DNA of 64,000 nucleotides from contig OZ260667.1 in NCBI GenBank assembly GCA_965285935.1, positions 50,902,001-50,966,000 on the forward strand. Direction: 5' to 3'. Every line of letters starts with the position of its first letter. Position 1 is the stretch's first letter. This document shows, piece after piece, positions 47,965 to 61,470 of this stretch. Made by a program: the position numbers and the translations under genes. Below the pieces are notes generated by a model. It was given only the letters and a program-made list of their open reading frames with translations, was not told the DNA's origin and did not search any database. The stretch is from Ophelia neglecta. Lineage: Eukaryota.

Positions 47965-50900
47965 TCATCATCTCGTTACTGGACACCCTGTAAATATAAT
48001 CCAGTGATTTCACACCCTGTAATGGCATTTAGCAAACTATACCAGCACTTATATAAACTTGGCAGCCAAACTGACAACCATAAGCATGTCTTGGGACAAA
48101 AAGTAAAACGGTTATTTTGCTTAAAAAATGTATGTTTACTATCATTCAGTTGATTGAATTCATGTTAGGGACGACAAGTAGTGTTTGTAAAGTACTAGGG
48201 TATTGAATAACTAGTAGTGTTTATGTGTGTGTAATATGTTCAACTTGCTGAATACCAAAGTAGTTAGGTTATTATGAAATCAAATTATACTTTACTATAT
48301 AAAATCAGCAATCTCTTGGTTGGTACTCCCTTCAGTCAGGCCAATGATGCCATGGAAACTGTATATCAATATATAACTGAACCTGTATATATACTGTATA
48401 TTAGCTAGGTCTTGAACACTTCATTATATTATGATGAATAGTATAAATGGTACTTTTTCTTGCAATGTGTAGGCCCTAAGTTAAAATTAAGGAACAATTT
48501 TAATTGTGAGTATTTGCTTAATAGATACATGAATAACTAGTAGGCTGATTGAAATTTCCTTTCTGATTTCCAGAACTCAGCAAATTGATAATTTTTCGGC
48601 TGCAGAAATGTTTTATTTTCTGATTCTGTCTTAAATTGATGAAAATACACCATTGGAAATTTTTGTTCAAGTCTGTCAGCTATACAAATTGTTACTGTGT
48701 GAACCCTGGTTACTGAAGGATAGTAGTATACATGTATTTCCAGTGAAACCTCTCACAGATTAAAAAATATCTCATGAAATCTTCGACGATGGAGACTCTT
48801 AATCAATCAAATTAAAGCCTTGGACCAAATTTTCCATGTAAGATACAAGTATATATTTAAGGCTCGATTTATTGGTCTTAAGGCTTGATTTAATGGTCTT
48901 AAGGCCTGATTGTATATCAGACTGTAAACCAAGTTACTATAAGGCTCTAAACCTAACAATGTTTGTGGACATAAAAGTTTCTATTGTTAGTTGACATTTA
49001 TATATTGGGACATTAATGTATTTGGACATTCATGGTTGGGATATTCATGTTTTTGTACATACATGTTTTGTATAATTATTTAATTTTTATTTTAGAGATT
49101 TTGCCTTATTTTAGGATAAGATTGCATGTGTTCAAAATGTATTTAATATTGGGTAGTGTTTTATCTATAGGATATTGAAATAATTTCTGAATACAATGTA
49201 CATGAAAGATTAGGTCTTCTAGGTTCACAGAATACAGCTAGGACTTGCTGTCAGTGGAAAAACAAATTCCAAGTGGGAACTAAATCTAGCATTCCGGTAG
49301 AATTTCTGTTTCACCCTATCAGTGTTATGTGGGCACAATTTGATTACAGTGTTAGGGAATAAACCAAATTGAAATTTACCGATTAAACCCATATGGGAAA
49401 TTAGTGACAGTGTGGAGGTGTTCTAGTTAATTGTACCTGTTTGATTACATAAGGTTCAAGTGTAAAGATATTGTTAAGATCTAGATCTGTATACCGGTAT
49501 TAATGACACGTAGTTAGGACACAATTGGAATTATTGTATGAAGATGGTTTGTATTAAAGTTAACGTGGAACAGTGATCAACGTCTTTCATTGTCGTTTGT
49601 GATAACCTCTGATATTTTAAACATGAACCATTTTTCAAGTCTTACATATTGGAGTGGTAGTCACTTTGACATGAATCTGTTAGTTACAAGATTAAATTCC
49701 CACAAAACTTTATACTACGATTTGGCAATGAAATTTCAGTGAAAAAATATCTATTTCTACAGTAAAAAGGTCAAAATTGTATGGGGTGATAATTTTCTAC
49801 ATTCAATGTAGGTCACTCATTTGCTTTTTAGGGAATTGAATTTAGTAAAGTAGTATTGGTTGATGTATGTGATACTCCATCAGGATACTACTGACCAAGA
49901 AATCGCTCCATAGCTGATAGAAACCGCAAAAATTGACCAGTAAATTGCTCTTGTGTCATGCACAACTCAGTCTTTGCACAGTGGTCTTTACAGTATTATA
50001 AATCCCTTTATAGTTGCTGTTAATTTTGCTGTTTGTGAACACCATTTATTTTGCTGTCCTCTAATTTCGCGTTATGGAGGAATCTAAAATAGAACCAGCC
50101 TTATTTTTGCGAGCTTATTAATTTTGCCGTATTGTCCATTCTCGTGAAGAAAAGGGCTCGCAAAATAGGCCTAGGGCCTATATACTACGGTTTTTACAGC
50201 ACCTTTGAATAGTGAAATCAAGTGGGATTCTAAATAGTGATTCCAGAAATGGAATATTTAAATAGCCGTGGAATTAATGTTACCACAGAGAGTGTATTGA
50301 ATATGCATCCTACTGTGGTTCACATGCAGTTGCAGTAGTATATTGTCACAAGCCGCAGTTCCCGATAAACGGTATGGGGGGGGGGGGGGGGGAGGGGGCA
50401 TACAACCCCACCCATCCCCAGCTAAAGCCCACAACATTGTATCCCTCTAACTTTCGAAAAATTATGCTTTATTCATCATTTACACATAAATAATTAAAAT
50501 GTATTAAATTATAGCCTACCTGCCATGGGGGTATTTGGCTGGAGGCCGCCTGGGGGTGGGGGGAGGGGTGTTCTGGGGCTTATCCCCCCCCCCCCCCCTG
50601 TAGAAGCGAACCCCCACCCGCACCCTTTGACTCATTGATCCACTTATGCAGTAAAACGGTATACAAATCTTTAATGCAAAAAAAAACCCAACCAATGGGA
50701 AACTGGGTTAAGAGTTAAATTTCAAAAAAGGCATTCTTATCTAAAAGAAAAGTATTTATTTATACAAGTTACATCTAGGCCCATATATGGGCTAGGGGAT
50801 GTAGAGCCCGGAGAGCATCAATATCTTCAAATTTGCGTGATTGTCAATGTAACTGATTTATTTCTAAACGCGACCATGCCATAGGCCTATAAAAAGTAAC

Positions 50901-51268
50901 TCATGGTCGTGGTTAAGGCAGAGGAATCTCGGACTAAAATACAGTGTGATGTACTAGGCCTATATAGAACTCGGATCGAAAGCGATCGTACATCGCATCC
51001 GGAAAAAACTTCGCAAAATCAATGCTAGCACGGTTATGCCAATGCTGCTAGAATTTGAAATTAAAAGTGTGAGTATCCTTGGCAACCGTGCTGGGTGGTA
51101 GTTGGTGTTGTGATATCGTCCCAACACTGGTGAATACATTATTTTCATTGGCTATCGTAGTGTTAGTGCTGTCAAGGGTCACAGTTGTCAAGGCGTATCC
51201 GCACCGTTGCTTTGGGAGTTTCCATGGTAACCGTAATGTTTATATTGTGTTGTTAAGGGTTACCGTTG

Positions 51269-52077
51269 TTAGAGCGTCACAGCGCTGGTTGCCTGTGGGG
51301 TCCTCCTACGTTGACGTTCGAAGGGTTTGTAGTACACCCTCTCCGTTATTTCCTGGGTGTTTTGTGAACGCGGCATTCCGCTCACTAGAGGGAGTCCCCG
51401 GCGTTTGGCCATCTCCGTGGCAAGGCTGTCCTTGCGGCGTTTGCACCGCCCCGTTTTCCCGCCCTCGCTAGCGATGGTGGGGCTGGTCAACCGTTTTAAT
51501 ATCTCGTCAAGCCGGTCTTGTGACACTATGTCATCGTCTGTCCAATCAACATCGTGCCACTCCTCCAACTCGGGATCGTTGCAGTAAGTACAAAACGACC
51601 TCGTTTTCGTGGCAGTAGTAGGGCGCGTGATTCTGCGCAGAAACTTCTTATCCTCGTCTGCCGAGCGAAGTGTATGGTCGTCAGGGTGTTTTTCGCCCAA
51701 CGAGTGAAGTGGGGTAATCTCGCCGCGAGCTGCGCGAAAGCTGAGTGTCGGTGTGCGCATGCGCCGGAATATGCGCTCTATCTCCTTGGACGACTTTCGC
51801 TCACGCTTTACAGCATTTCCGTCGGAATCGGGATGAGGAGTCGCTCGACGACATGGGGCGCTCGGTGCGCGCATGGAAGACAATGGACGCTGGTGGGAGT
51901 AGTCATGGTGCAGGGTGGTGTTGTACGTTTTTCTCTGCAGACGATCTACTATTGATTTGACTTCCACGTCGGACACTTTTTGAAAGCCATACATCTTCAG
52001 AGGTGGCGGCCTGGGTATCACCCGAGAGTAGCTGGAACTCATTGTCTCCAGGGGTAACTGGTCGACAGGAACAGGGA
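51269..52077 (-). CDS. Uncharacterised basic protein (257 aa from ATG 52042); terminal exon with acceptor at 52078
   Basis: GC-elevated ORF with repeated (I/L)xxR(L/M/I)xxPT motifs. TTTTTGTTGACATTTCAG acceptor lies 35 nt upstream of the ATG with the frame open; AATAAA on the minus strand at 50760-50755. Confidence 0.75.
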
Positions 52078-52440
52078 CTGAAATGTCAACAAAAAATCGT
52101 ATTCATATATTAATAAGACGTATTTGATGGGTTTGAATGAAACCGTTGGTAGGCCTAGGCTCTATATATGAAAATTTAAAAGTTAAATTGTGTTCACATA
52201 CCCAGACGCCCGTTCAACTTCCCCAAGAAAAGTGTCGGTTTTCGACACTGGCTCTTTGTTATCATGAAAGAAAGCTGTGTTATTAACCGAGGGTGTCCGG
52301 TGGGGAAGCTGGAGAGAATGGGTATAGTCAGAAGGTATATTACAAAAACATAGCTATACCCCTGGCTAATTTCACGATCACTGCCTTGCATGAATACATC
52401 GCTTGTTCCGAAGCCTAAATTTCACCGGGTAAACGGTTAT

Positions 52441-54556
52441 ACAGTGAAACCTGCAAATTGAGACCACCCAAGGGACTGTAAAATGTTGGTCTGATTATAG
52501 AGGTGGTCTGTTTAGACAGGTAATTTCAGATTGAAAGTGTACAGTAGGGTCTTTATAAAATCAAAAATCAAAATATTTTATTGAGTAGTTGAGTCTGCTG
52601 ATATACAAGCTATATACAATGCTCATTTCCAATCGTTCAAAACTAACTGTCATACAAATTGTCCGTAAAGGTTACAATTCTGACTACATAGAGACATGAC
52701 GATATTAATGTTAAGTTACAGTACGAAGATGCTAAGAAAGTACAAGCACAATATCATTTGGGCATTACACACTATAACAGATCAGAAGTAACAATCAAGG
52801 GCGCGCGTGGTGGGTAAACAACAGTCATTCATATGATAATTACATTAGTTAGGTGTTGACCATATTATGTACATTATTTGTGTGTATAGACTGAAAATAT
52901 TTGTACGTTTCCCTCTTAATGTCCTCGGCCTTCCTGAGGTAGGTTGCCAAGCCGTTCAAGGTATTAACATCCTCCGACAAAAATAGCTCCAGTAATACAA
53001 CTTCCGTCCTAATCGTCCTGTAATAGATATTTATGAATTTGTTTCTTAGAAAGTCAAACTGCGGACATTCGAGGACAAAATGAAGGGGTGTATCTGGTAC
53101 ACCACAGACTTCACGGTTTATACCATCTATATTATAACCACTGCTCCACCTTGATGTTTCAGTAGCTGTATATGTGTTAGCCAGTCTGAATTTTGTTAAA
53201 GCAATGCTGTTTTTGATGCTTAGTTGATAAAAGTGATTCGCACCCACAAGATAACCAACATACTGAGCAAGGTTTTTATACAAATCGCCTTTGGAGCTTT
53301 TCAAGACAGAGTCATAACACTTTAACATGTGCTGAAAAACTGACTTTTCTTTGAACTGTTCTACAAACCACTCTTTCGATTTGATTTGCTCGGAGTCATA
53401 GTATTCACAAAACCCATACAGCTCTAGTACTCGCTTTACTCCCTTGCACCAATCATTTGTACCTTGTTGTTTTGCTTGCCTATAATACAGGTAGGAGAGC
53501 TTATTTTGTGGCCTATAGTCACAGAGCGAGGCCCAGAAGCTGATTAGCCTATGATGCCTTTTGACTTCCAGAGGGACAAAAGCCACCTCCGGGGTTAACC
53601 AATCTGTAGGGGTGGATATATTGAGTCTGAGGTGGCGCTTTATATAGCTCAACTGGAATACATCTAACTGATCACACCTTTCATGCCCCCAGAGTTCTGA
53701 ACCATACAATAGCACAGACTCGACACATGTTTCAAAGAGCTTGTACCTATCTCGGAAGGGCATGTTCAAATAATAAATTTTCTTATCCAATAAAATTGAG
53801 CCTTTTTAGCCTTCTGAAGATTATACTCCTTTGTATTTTTCCATGATGCATTGGGGACAAGAACCGATCCTAAATAAGTTATGTTGTTCACCACTTCCAG
53901 TGTGTACCATCAAAAGAGAATTCGGTATGACACGGGACACAATCTGATTTAAAAATTAATACCTTGGTTTTTAACGTGTTCACTCTCAAAGACCATTCCT
54001 CACAATAATGTTTGAGGGTATCTAGCTGCTGCTGCAGACCCTCTGGTGATTCGGATATCAATACGAGGTCATCTGCGTACAGTAAAACCATGGTGCTGAG
54101 AGTGTCCCACGTCACACCTCCATCCGGAGCGTGATCTCTGAATACAGGTCAAATTCATTCACCAAGAAGGCAAATATTATAGGAGATGCGCGCTCGCCTT
54201 GTCTGACACCTAGTTCGCAATCGAATTGAGTTCCTCGCCTACCCAAGCTATCCTTTACAACAGATTTGACAGACTCGTACATTGACCCAAGGATTTCAAT
54301 CACCCTGCCACGGATGCCCATCCTAATCATCTTTGCCCAAGCATTGTCGTGGACCACGCTGTCAAACGCTCGGGAAAATCCACCAGACACGTATAGGCCT
54401 ATAGTGGACGGCGCTTACGCCTCCATTTCTCCCCCAGCATGCGCAAAATATACAAATTGTCCATGGTGCTATGCCCTGGCCTTTATATTAGTGGTCTGAA
54501 GTGTCATGTGGTCTGAATATAGTGGTGGTCTTTAAGTTTTTCACTTTTTTCACTGT
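52441..54556. mobile_element. MITE split by the LINE insertion (halves 52441-52557 and 54481-54556)
   Basis: Joining the halves restores GGTC(C/T)TTATATTAGTGGTCTG as seen in the intact copy at 41625-41802. Confidence 0.8.
52558..54480 (-). mobile_element. 5'-truncated, frameshifted LINE (CR1/L2-group-like RT and C-terminal domain)
   Basis: Successive frames give PGHSTMDNLYIL, SRAFDSV, GVRQG, LLYADDLVL, VNTLKTKV, TYLGSV, LLYGSELWG and HFVLECP. 3' end has AATAAA followed by an (ATTTTG)n-like tail; TSD CTTTATA at 52551-52557 and 54481-54487. Confidence 0.92.
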
Positions 54557-56384
54557 ATATATGATGTGGTAATAGGTCAACTGATACGGGAAGGCCTAAC
54601 TCGAAATAGCGACCATTTTATAAGGGAATGTTTATTACTAATTATCGTGGGGAGGGGTGGGAGGGGGGTTTAAGGGGGATTGGAATTCTTTTAGGGGGGT
54701 CACAATAGTTTGAAGATGGGCAAGAAAAGCGTGGGGGGGATGTTTCTTGTCTCCCACACTCACCGCAGCACAGTGTCCACTGCCATAATTAAGTTTTTTT
54801 TTTCATTCAATACGCTCAGACCCCTGCTTTATACTTTTTCCTTCTCTCTGCTGTGTACAGTCCGAAATTCATTCCGGTCATCTGTGTGCTGTTTCACCAG
54901 GGCCCTTAAATTTGGCTCACTCTCAGAGCACTGCAGCTTCCCTATACAAGTCTATATGTTTCGCTTTTCTGTTAGCACACTTCGGGACTCTCACTGTGCG
55001 CATTACGGAAATACGCATGCACCTAACTGCGCGATGCGCGCGAATCACCACACTTTATTTTGCGACACTCCCTATTCACTTCGAGATGCGCGCTGTTTAC
55101 TTGATGGTCGCTTTTCAATTGGCGAAATGCTAGCTTTTTCGTGAATGCTCTATGTGATGTGTTCGGAGTGACGCGCGCTTCGCTATGAAGGCTGCAAATA
55201 AAACACCATCGAAAATTAGACCGCCAGGCAAGAGGATGGTTGTATTTGAGGGTGAGTGGGGGGGGGGGGGGGAGGTCAATATTTTGACTGTGTTGAGAGG
55301 TGTGTTCCGAAATGTTTCCACAATTCGGCTCCAAATTTGCCGACCCTCCCCTCGAGTGTCTACCCGGCCGGAGCGTTTACCCTGGAGACACTATTCTTCA
55401 GAAATCCACTGAGATCAATGTTTACCGCCGATATTTTGTACATGTTTTAAAAACTGATCTTTTGTGTGAAAAAAAAAAATTTCATGAATAAAGGAGTTGT
55501 GGATTAAAAAAATGCCATTATATTCCTGAGGCCGGATAATGTGTATTCTACTTTTACCGTAATGACGGCCGTTCATTTCTGAGACCATTTCTGAGCGATA
55601 AATGAAGGCTCTTCGAACCCATTCGGGGGAGAGGCGGAGAGCTCTCCGCGAAGACCAATTGGTATATACCTCATGAAACCCAGCGGCGCAGGAAATGTTT
55701 TCAAGGAAACCTCCAGATATTACATGCCCGAACTTTAAGCAGACGACCAGATATCGATCCTTGTGGGATGACACACACACACACACATATTATAGCGGTT
55801 TAATGAAGGGATTTATACACTTGAAGTTCAATCTTATCGGGAATCATTGGTACTTAAAACGCTATCATATACAAGTGTGATACACTTCAAGCGGCCATTA
55901 TAAAAAAGTACATATGGTTGAATGCCAAGTGTCATGCACAAAAGATCATTTGGGGGTGGGGGTGGGGGGTGGGGGGTGGGGGTGAGAACCAACCCGTTTT
56001 TCTTTCCATATTTGTATCTTTTCCGGAGATCGCGCCACGAGGGTGTTTGATGTGTGAGCCCTCCCACAGCCCCCCCCCCCCCCCCCGCCTGGACACCCTC
56101 TGACAAAATCCTAAACCCATTGTCGATAAACTTAAATCCGCCCCCTGCGGCCATGCCATACCCCCAATAGAGTGTCTAACATTCATGAGTGAAGTATCAT
56201 GATAGTTTGCTAACGTCAGGTGGAATCTGAAATCTAGAGAGCCCTTCAACCTGCAATAAAAAAGTATCCTGGTAGATTTTTAGACGTGCGTGCCTCTGTG
56301 TAGATATATGTTAATTCTTATTTCTGGGCAACGTCATGCATCACACTTTTTATTAGGTGTGTTGACTTAATTTTGGCCTCTCGA

Positions 56385-57260
56385 ATAACTTTAAAACTCT
56401 GGCTCCCTGTAAATGAATTATATTATATTATATATCAATAGGGTATATTTGGTATTACTACGCCACGCAAGACTAGAAACCATATTGTAGTACATATAAT
56501 TAACATCAGCAGTACCTCGCTCATAGCAAATTAACATTATGAATAGGCCCCTTATATAATGTATATATTTTACCTCGCTGTACTTGGCTTATTGAGTATT
56601 GCAAACCTTCCGCGTTGTTAGAAATGTGTATAGACCTAGCCGGTTACAAAATCTCCAGACCAACTGATTATGGTAATGAGCTTTGCTTCCAACCTCGAGC
56701 GTCCGACACATTCTATAGTCGATTATTGGCACCTAATAGGCCTATATGGGTCAATACCAAATATTTATGAATGATATAGATCTATGGGGCCTATATCAAG
56801 TGTCGATATGACATAACTGTGCGGCTTTTAAAACGAAATTTCGCGTGCGTTATACCCAAGGTGTAGGCTGCCAAATAAGTCAAATAACATAGATCATTTC
56901 ATTATATTTTACCACTTAATTTTACGTCAGACTTGTAAAGTGGCCAGTCGGACTACAAATGTCATGTTTGTGACACGCCAGTACAGACTACAGTCTGACT
57001 TAATATCAGTAATGTCATTGAGCATAAGTCCTATATATCTGGTAAACGAAAAAGGTATACCTTAGTTCGTATATATATATACATGTATATATATAACTAT
57101 GTAATTTATTAGCGCACACTTGACCGTTTGCCTATAGTCAATACACTCGAAAAAAAATTTGTTGTTGTCGTCAATATAATTTTTTTCAATCGGTTAGACT
57201 CTATGTCCCTGATAAGATAAACTACACATATAAGAGAGTTGAAGTTTTTTCTTTTGTTTG
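56385..57260 (+). repeat. Dispersed direct repeat, copy 1 (with ~385-bp extra segment at ~56733-57117)
   Basis: Starts ACTTTAAAACTCTGGCTCCCTGTAAATGAATTATATTATT and is colinear with 61847-62335. Confidence 0.85.
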
Positions 57261-57829
57261 TTCAGATTGAGAGATCATATCAAGGACTTCTCCTTTTAAG
57301 CTTAAGTGCAAGAAAAACATATTATAGGTCTATATGCCCCTATAAATTCCCTTTTCTATTCTTTAATTAAATAGAATAATCCAAAGAAGAAAATAAAAGT
57401 TTAAAAACCATCGGAATATTCAAGTGACCTTGAAGTTAATTGCTAATCACCATTAATGATATCTTATGATGTACACGGTTTCTCTGATTGTGTTTCCTTG
57501 CATGGCAATGCGAACGGCAAATGTTTAATGCAATAGCCTATATAGGCCTATATTTTGGTCAGCTTTCGGTCAGTCGTTTAGTCCAGTAGGTCTTTATTAA
57601 CTGTACGATTGGGGTCTGACAGTTAAACATAAAAGAGAACATTTAATCATCTGTATACAGTGGGTTTCAACGACAAGTTGGTAACTAACAAGATTTTCGA
57701 TTGGATTCACCTATATATATATATGCCTATATCGTTATACCCTGGTCGCACACCCTGACGTACTACCCCGAAAAAGAACAAACGACAGAAGGACATGAAT
57801 AGGGTGGACCCAATATCTTTTACAGGTAC

Positions 57830-58008
57830 AGTGAACTCTGTGTTTGCGGTCACCTGTGTAATAAGACCAACTGCCCACTAAGGTCACTAAATAATAGCCC
57901 ACCCCCATTTATGCCTGTGTTAACTGACCTGCCTATTAAGGGCACCTAAACAATATAGTCAGGCTTTTTCAGTCCCTTGACTGACCTGATTAGACAAGTT
58001 TCCTAGTA
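57830..58008. mobile_element. Decayed ~180-bp CAGTG-type MITE (related family)
   Basis: TACAGTGAACTCTG start, internal GGTCACCTG/GACCTG motifs and a degenerate inverted end. Confidence 0.5.
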
Positions 58009-59563
58009 GCTACTATATATATAACTAGTAAAATATCATATAGTCCTTACCGTTTGTAATGATGTAAGCGTGCTGAATTCACCCTTCAAAATAATTCCGT
58101 CAACTTTAAGCTTGTTTAAATTAGGAACTTGACCACTGCGAAATTTTGCTGACCAGGAAACAATTATAGTTCTGAGTCTTTTCCTCGCAAATTATGCATC
58201 CTTTTACCGAGAGAAAGTCACATTCCATGAATTAACATTAAAGTCCAATGTTTTTGATAAATTAGGCCTATCATCATTACATGCCTAGGTGAATGTACCT
58301 GGTGATATCCAGACAGTCGCAGACGACATTTATAAGTGTATTTATTCAATTGGAAACTTCATTACTCTCGTAGTTAAGGACCAGGGGGCGGACTATGTTC
58401 ACGTCACCCCGTGGTGTGTGTTATCCGGCAGTAATCCGTCGGTCTACACTACACACTCAGCAAGAGGATTGTATTAAAGCTTTCCGCTTGTGTTGTGTTC
58501 GAGAGCAGGGCCCTCATAACCCCCAAAACGCCTGACTTCATGAACTCTGCTGACTTGTCGCTTATTATTCAACCTGCGATCTCAATCCGATGGAGCCTAG
58601 ATTTGGCACCAGTCAAATACTGGTGTTTACTCACGACTGGCGGTGTTTTTATAAAGCTTTTGACTGCAAACTGTGGGTAATTTTGACATAGGAGTAGACC
58701 GATTGAAAATCAACTAATCGCGACATGCCTCAACCCGGCGACCAAGCAGTAACCAATAAATATACATGGACGAGGTGAACCACACTATTTGAAACTTTAA
58801 AGGGTTCATGCAAGAGCAGACGATAAGCAATTGATTGCCCTGTGATTCTAATACCTACTGTAAACGGAGATAATGTTTGTGTTAATTCGTTATTATTTCA
58901 CCTTTCTTTGGGGGTTTCGTATCTCCTTGAATTTCGAAATGAATTGCCGCTCAACTGGCATAATAGTGTCTTGCGCTGAAACACCGCGAAATTAGATACC
59001 GGAGTAAATTTCAAATTAAAATAGGCTGAAGCTGCCACGCGAACATAAAGCATTACTATTATTGTTTCATCGTAGCTACGACGTCAGTAGTCAGTAGTAG
59101 CTAACCTTCATTTGGAATAATTTAAACTTTATTCTTGATGCTTACCTTAAACCGATCTTTATATTTCAAAACGTGACAACTCAGTTGTCAAATTCTACGA
59201 CTACGTGGATACAGTATAGCTTCTGTCAATTTTTGCATCTTTTTTGTTTTATGTTGGCATATTAATAATTAACGTTATTTAAGTTCTCACAACATTAAAC
59301 CCACACTAGGCCTTTATTTTTCATATCTATGAACTCGGTAAGAGATTTCCTATGGCGTTAGTTAGTAGGGCCTATACGTTATAGGTTTTTTTCGGAACAC
59401 TAGCTGTAATCTCCTCATTACATTTACACAGGATATTATTATCATATTCATATCGATTTTTTACGACGCACTATAATCGTGATCCCATGTTGCTTTGACA
59501 AGATCAAACGATTTGTTTACCCTGCTATCTATAGGGGGATCATCCCGTAGTCGGGTAAGGTAA

Positions 59564-59945
59564 GGGAGCGTTCATTATTTATGGCCGGGGGGGGGGGTGG
59601 TAATTTTTTGAAATGAGTACGTCAAAAAAAAATTGCCCCCCCCCCTGGAAATAGGTGGGAAAAAAATTGCCCCCCCCCTCAGAAATAGGTGGAAAAAAAT
59701 TGCCCCCCCCCCCCATCAAAGACAGAATTTGGCTAAGTTTTATCAGTTTCACTACACACTTTTGTACAATATATATTTCTAAATAAAATTGCGCACCCTG
59801 TGAATAGACTAAAAAAAAACTGTCCCCCCCCCCATGGAAATGGGTTGAAAAAAAACTGTCCCCCTCATGGAAATGGGTTGAAAAAAAACTGTCCCCCCCC
59901 CAAAATTACCACCCCCCCCCCCGGCCATAAATAATGAACGCTCCC
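59564..59945. mobile_element. PIF/Harbinger (Tourist-like) MITE, 382 bp
   Basis: ~45-bp TIRs GGGAGCGTTCATTATTTATGGCCGGGG...GGTGGTAATTTT; TAA TSD at 59561-59563 and 59946-59948; internal ~32-nt subterminal tandem units. Confidence 0.92.
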
Positions 59946-60454
59946 TAAGGGATATACTTAACCCGGCTGGGAGTGGCACATTTCCTTTTAATATCAAACT
60001 GTCTTACATTGAGGTATTCACAATCTATATATTCTGGATTGGAAGGTTCTACTCATGTTAAAATGAAGACAGACATTTTTTTTATAATGATGTCTATATG
60101 GATAAGCCTTTCGATGTACGCAGTTCATATACGGCAAAGGGAACACAAAATAGATCTAGCGTTTCTACGCTATACATACGTATGGATCACAAACATGGTC
60201 AAGCTTGGGTTCACGTTCACATAGATAATAATAAAAACATCAGTGATATTGGTATTCAAATGTGCATTAGTGCAATAAGTGCATAATCAAATAAAAGAGG
60301 TCTTTCAATGTTGAAGGGCAGAACATGTAGAGCGTTTTAAGATGTAGGATCGAAGGACAAAAAAATAGATGTTCGTCACTCGTTAATCTCCTTATATGCA
60401 GTGTAGTTTGGAGGAGTCATAGATGTTATTATATATATATATAAGACATATATA

Positions 60455-61470
60455 AGAAAGTACCCCATGGACCTGATAGAAAATGGCTGCAATAAAGCTA
60501 AAAGGCATAGCATCGAAGAACTGAGAACAACCAGGGAAAAAGAACCGGACAAAGGAGTAATCACTTTTGTTAGCACGCACAATCCAAACAACCTCAATTT
60601 ATTTAGCTTCACCAGTTCTACGATAAATGTACTAGAAAGGGACCCTAGGTGCAAACTGATACTAGAGAAAAACAAAATCATTAGCAGCAAACGCCAAGCA
60701 CCTAGCCTAAAGAAAATACTCACTAGGGCTGCATTTCATGGAAATGTCGACACAAACCCGATTGTGACAAAATGTAATGAAAGCCGATGTGGTACCTGTA
60801 AGCATATAATCGAGGGCAACTCGTTTATATTTAACCCCAGCAATACAACGTTTAAGGTGAAGCATTCCATGACTTGTAAAACCGAAAATTTATTGTACGT
60901 ATTGCAATGTGAAGGCTGTGATAAACAATACATAGGACAAACAAAGAATTCCCTAAGAAAAAGACTCACACTACATCGTCAAGGAATAAATGATCCAACC
61001 TATAGAACTCTCCCAGTCTCAGAACATATCGCGACCTGTGCGGCACATTTAGACAAAAATTTTAAAATTTACCCGTTCTACAAAATATGCAATCCCCAGA
61101 AAGCCTTCATTGATTCCAAGGAAATGTACTTCATTAACATGTTCAAACCCACGCTCAACGCAAAGTAAATTTACGGCGGATTAGAGGTCAATTATTGAAT
61201 GCAATCATGTTGGAGTCTGTATGTGTATGGGGCTGGAACGTGCCCAAACAGCGAGGCCGAAACCGAGAAACCGAGAACAACGACTTGCATGTAATTGCGT
61301 GAAAAACAACATGTTATAACACACTATCACTGTACTATATATACACTGGAAGACGTGTATATAGCAATCATTATGTACCAATTTTTCTGAAGAGACAGGA
61401 GTACTGTCGAAACTAGTAAAGAAACCATTTATGATTCAACAGGTGTCTCAACTTCTTTTTTACTACATTT
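60455..61470 (+). mobile_element. 5'-truncated Penelope-like retroelement: linker, GIY-YIG endonuclease (ORF 60467-61168) and 3' UTR
   Basis: KYPMDLI..., TFVSTHNP, KRQAPSLKKIL, CNESRCGTCKH, NLLYVLQC..C.KQYIGQT..SL.KR..LHR, EMYFI..F.PTLN; no RT domain upstream. Confidence 0.92.
61382..61423 (+). ncRNA. Minimal type I hammerhead ribozyme
   Basis: UUUUU-CUGAAGA-GACAG-GAGUA-CUGUC-GAAA-CUAG-UA^AAGAA: intact core CUGANGA/GAAA, perfect 5-bp stem II, palindromic ACUAGU stem III, GUA cleavage triplet, stem I UUUUU/AAGAA. Confidence 0.85.

Noticed and set aside
52849-53790. Standalone 313-aa gene
   Set aside because: It is the C-terminal part of the frameshifted LINE ORF2, and its listed start is not an ATG.
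60467-61168. Host GIY-YIG nuclease gene
   Set aside because: The frame begins mid-linker of a Penelope polyprotein and is followed by a Penelope-type hammerhead; it is a truncated retroelement.
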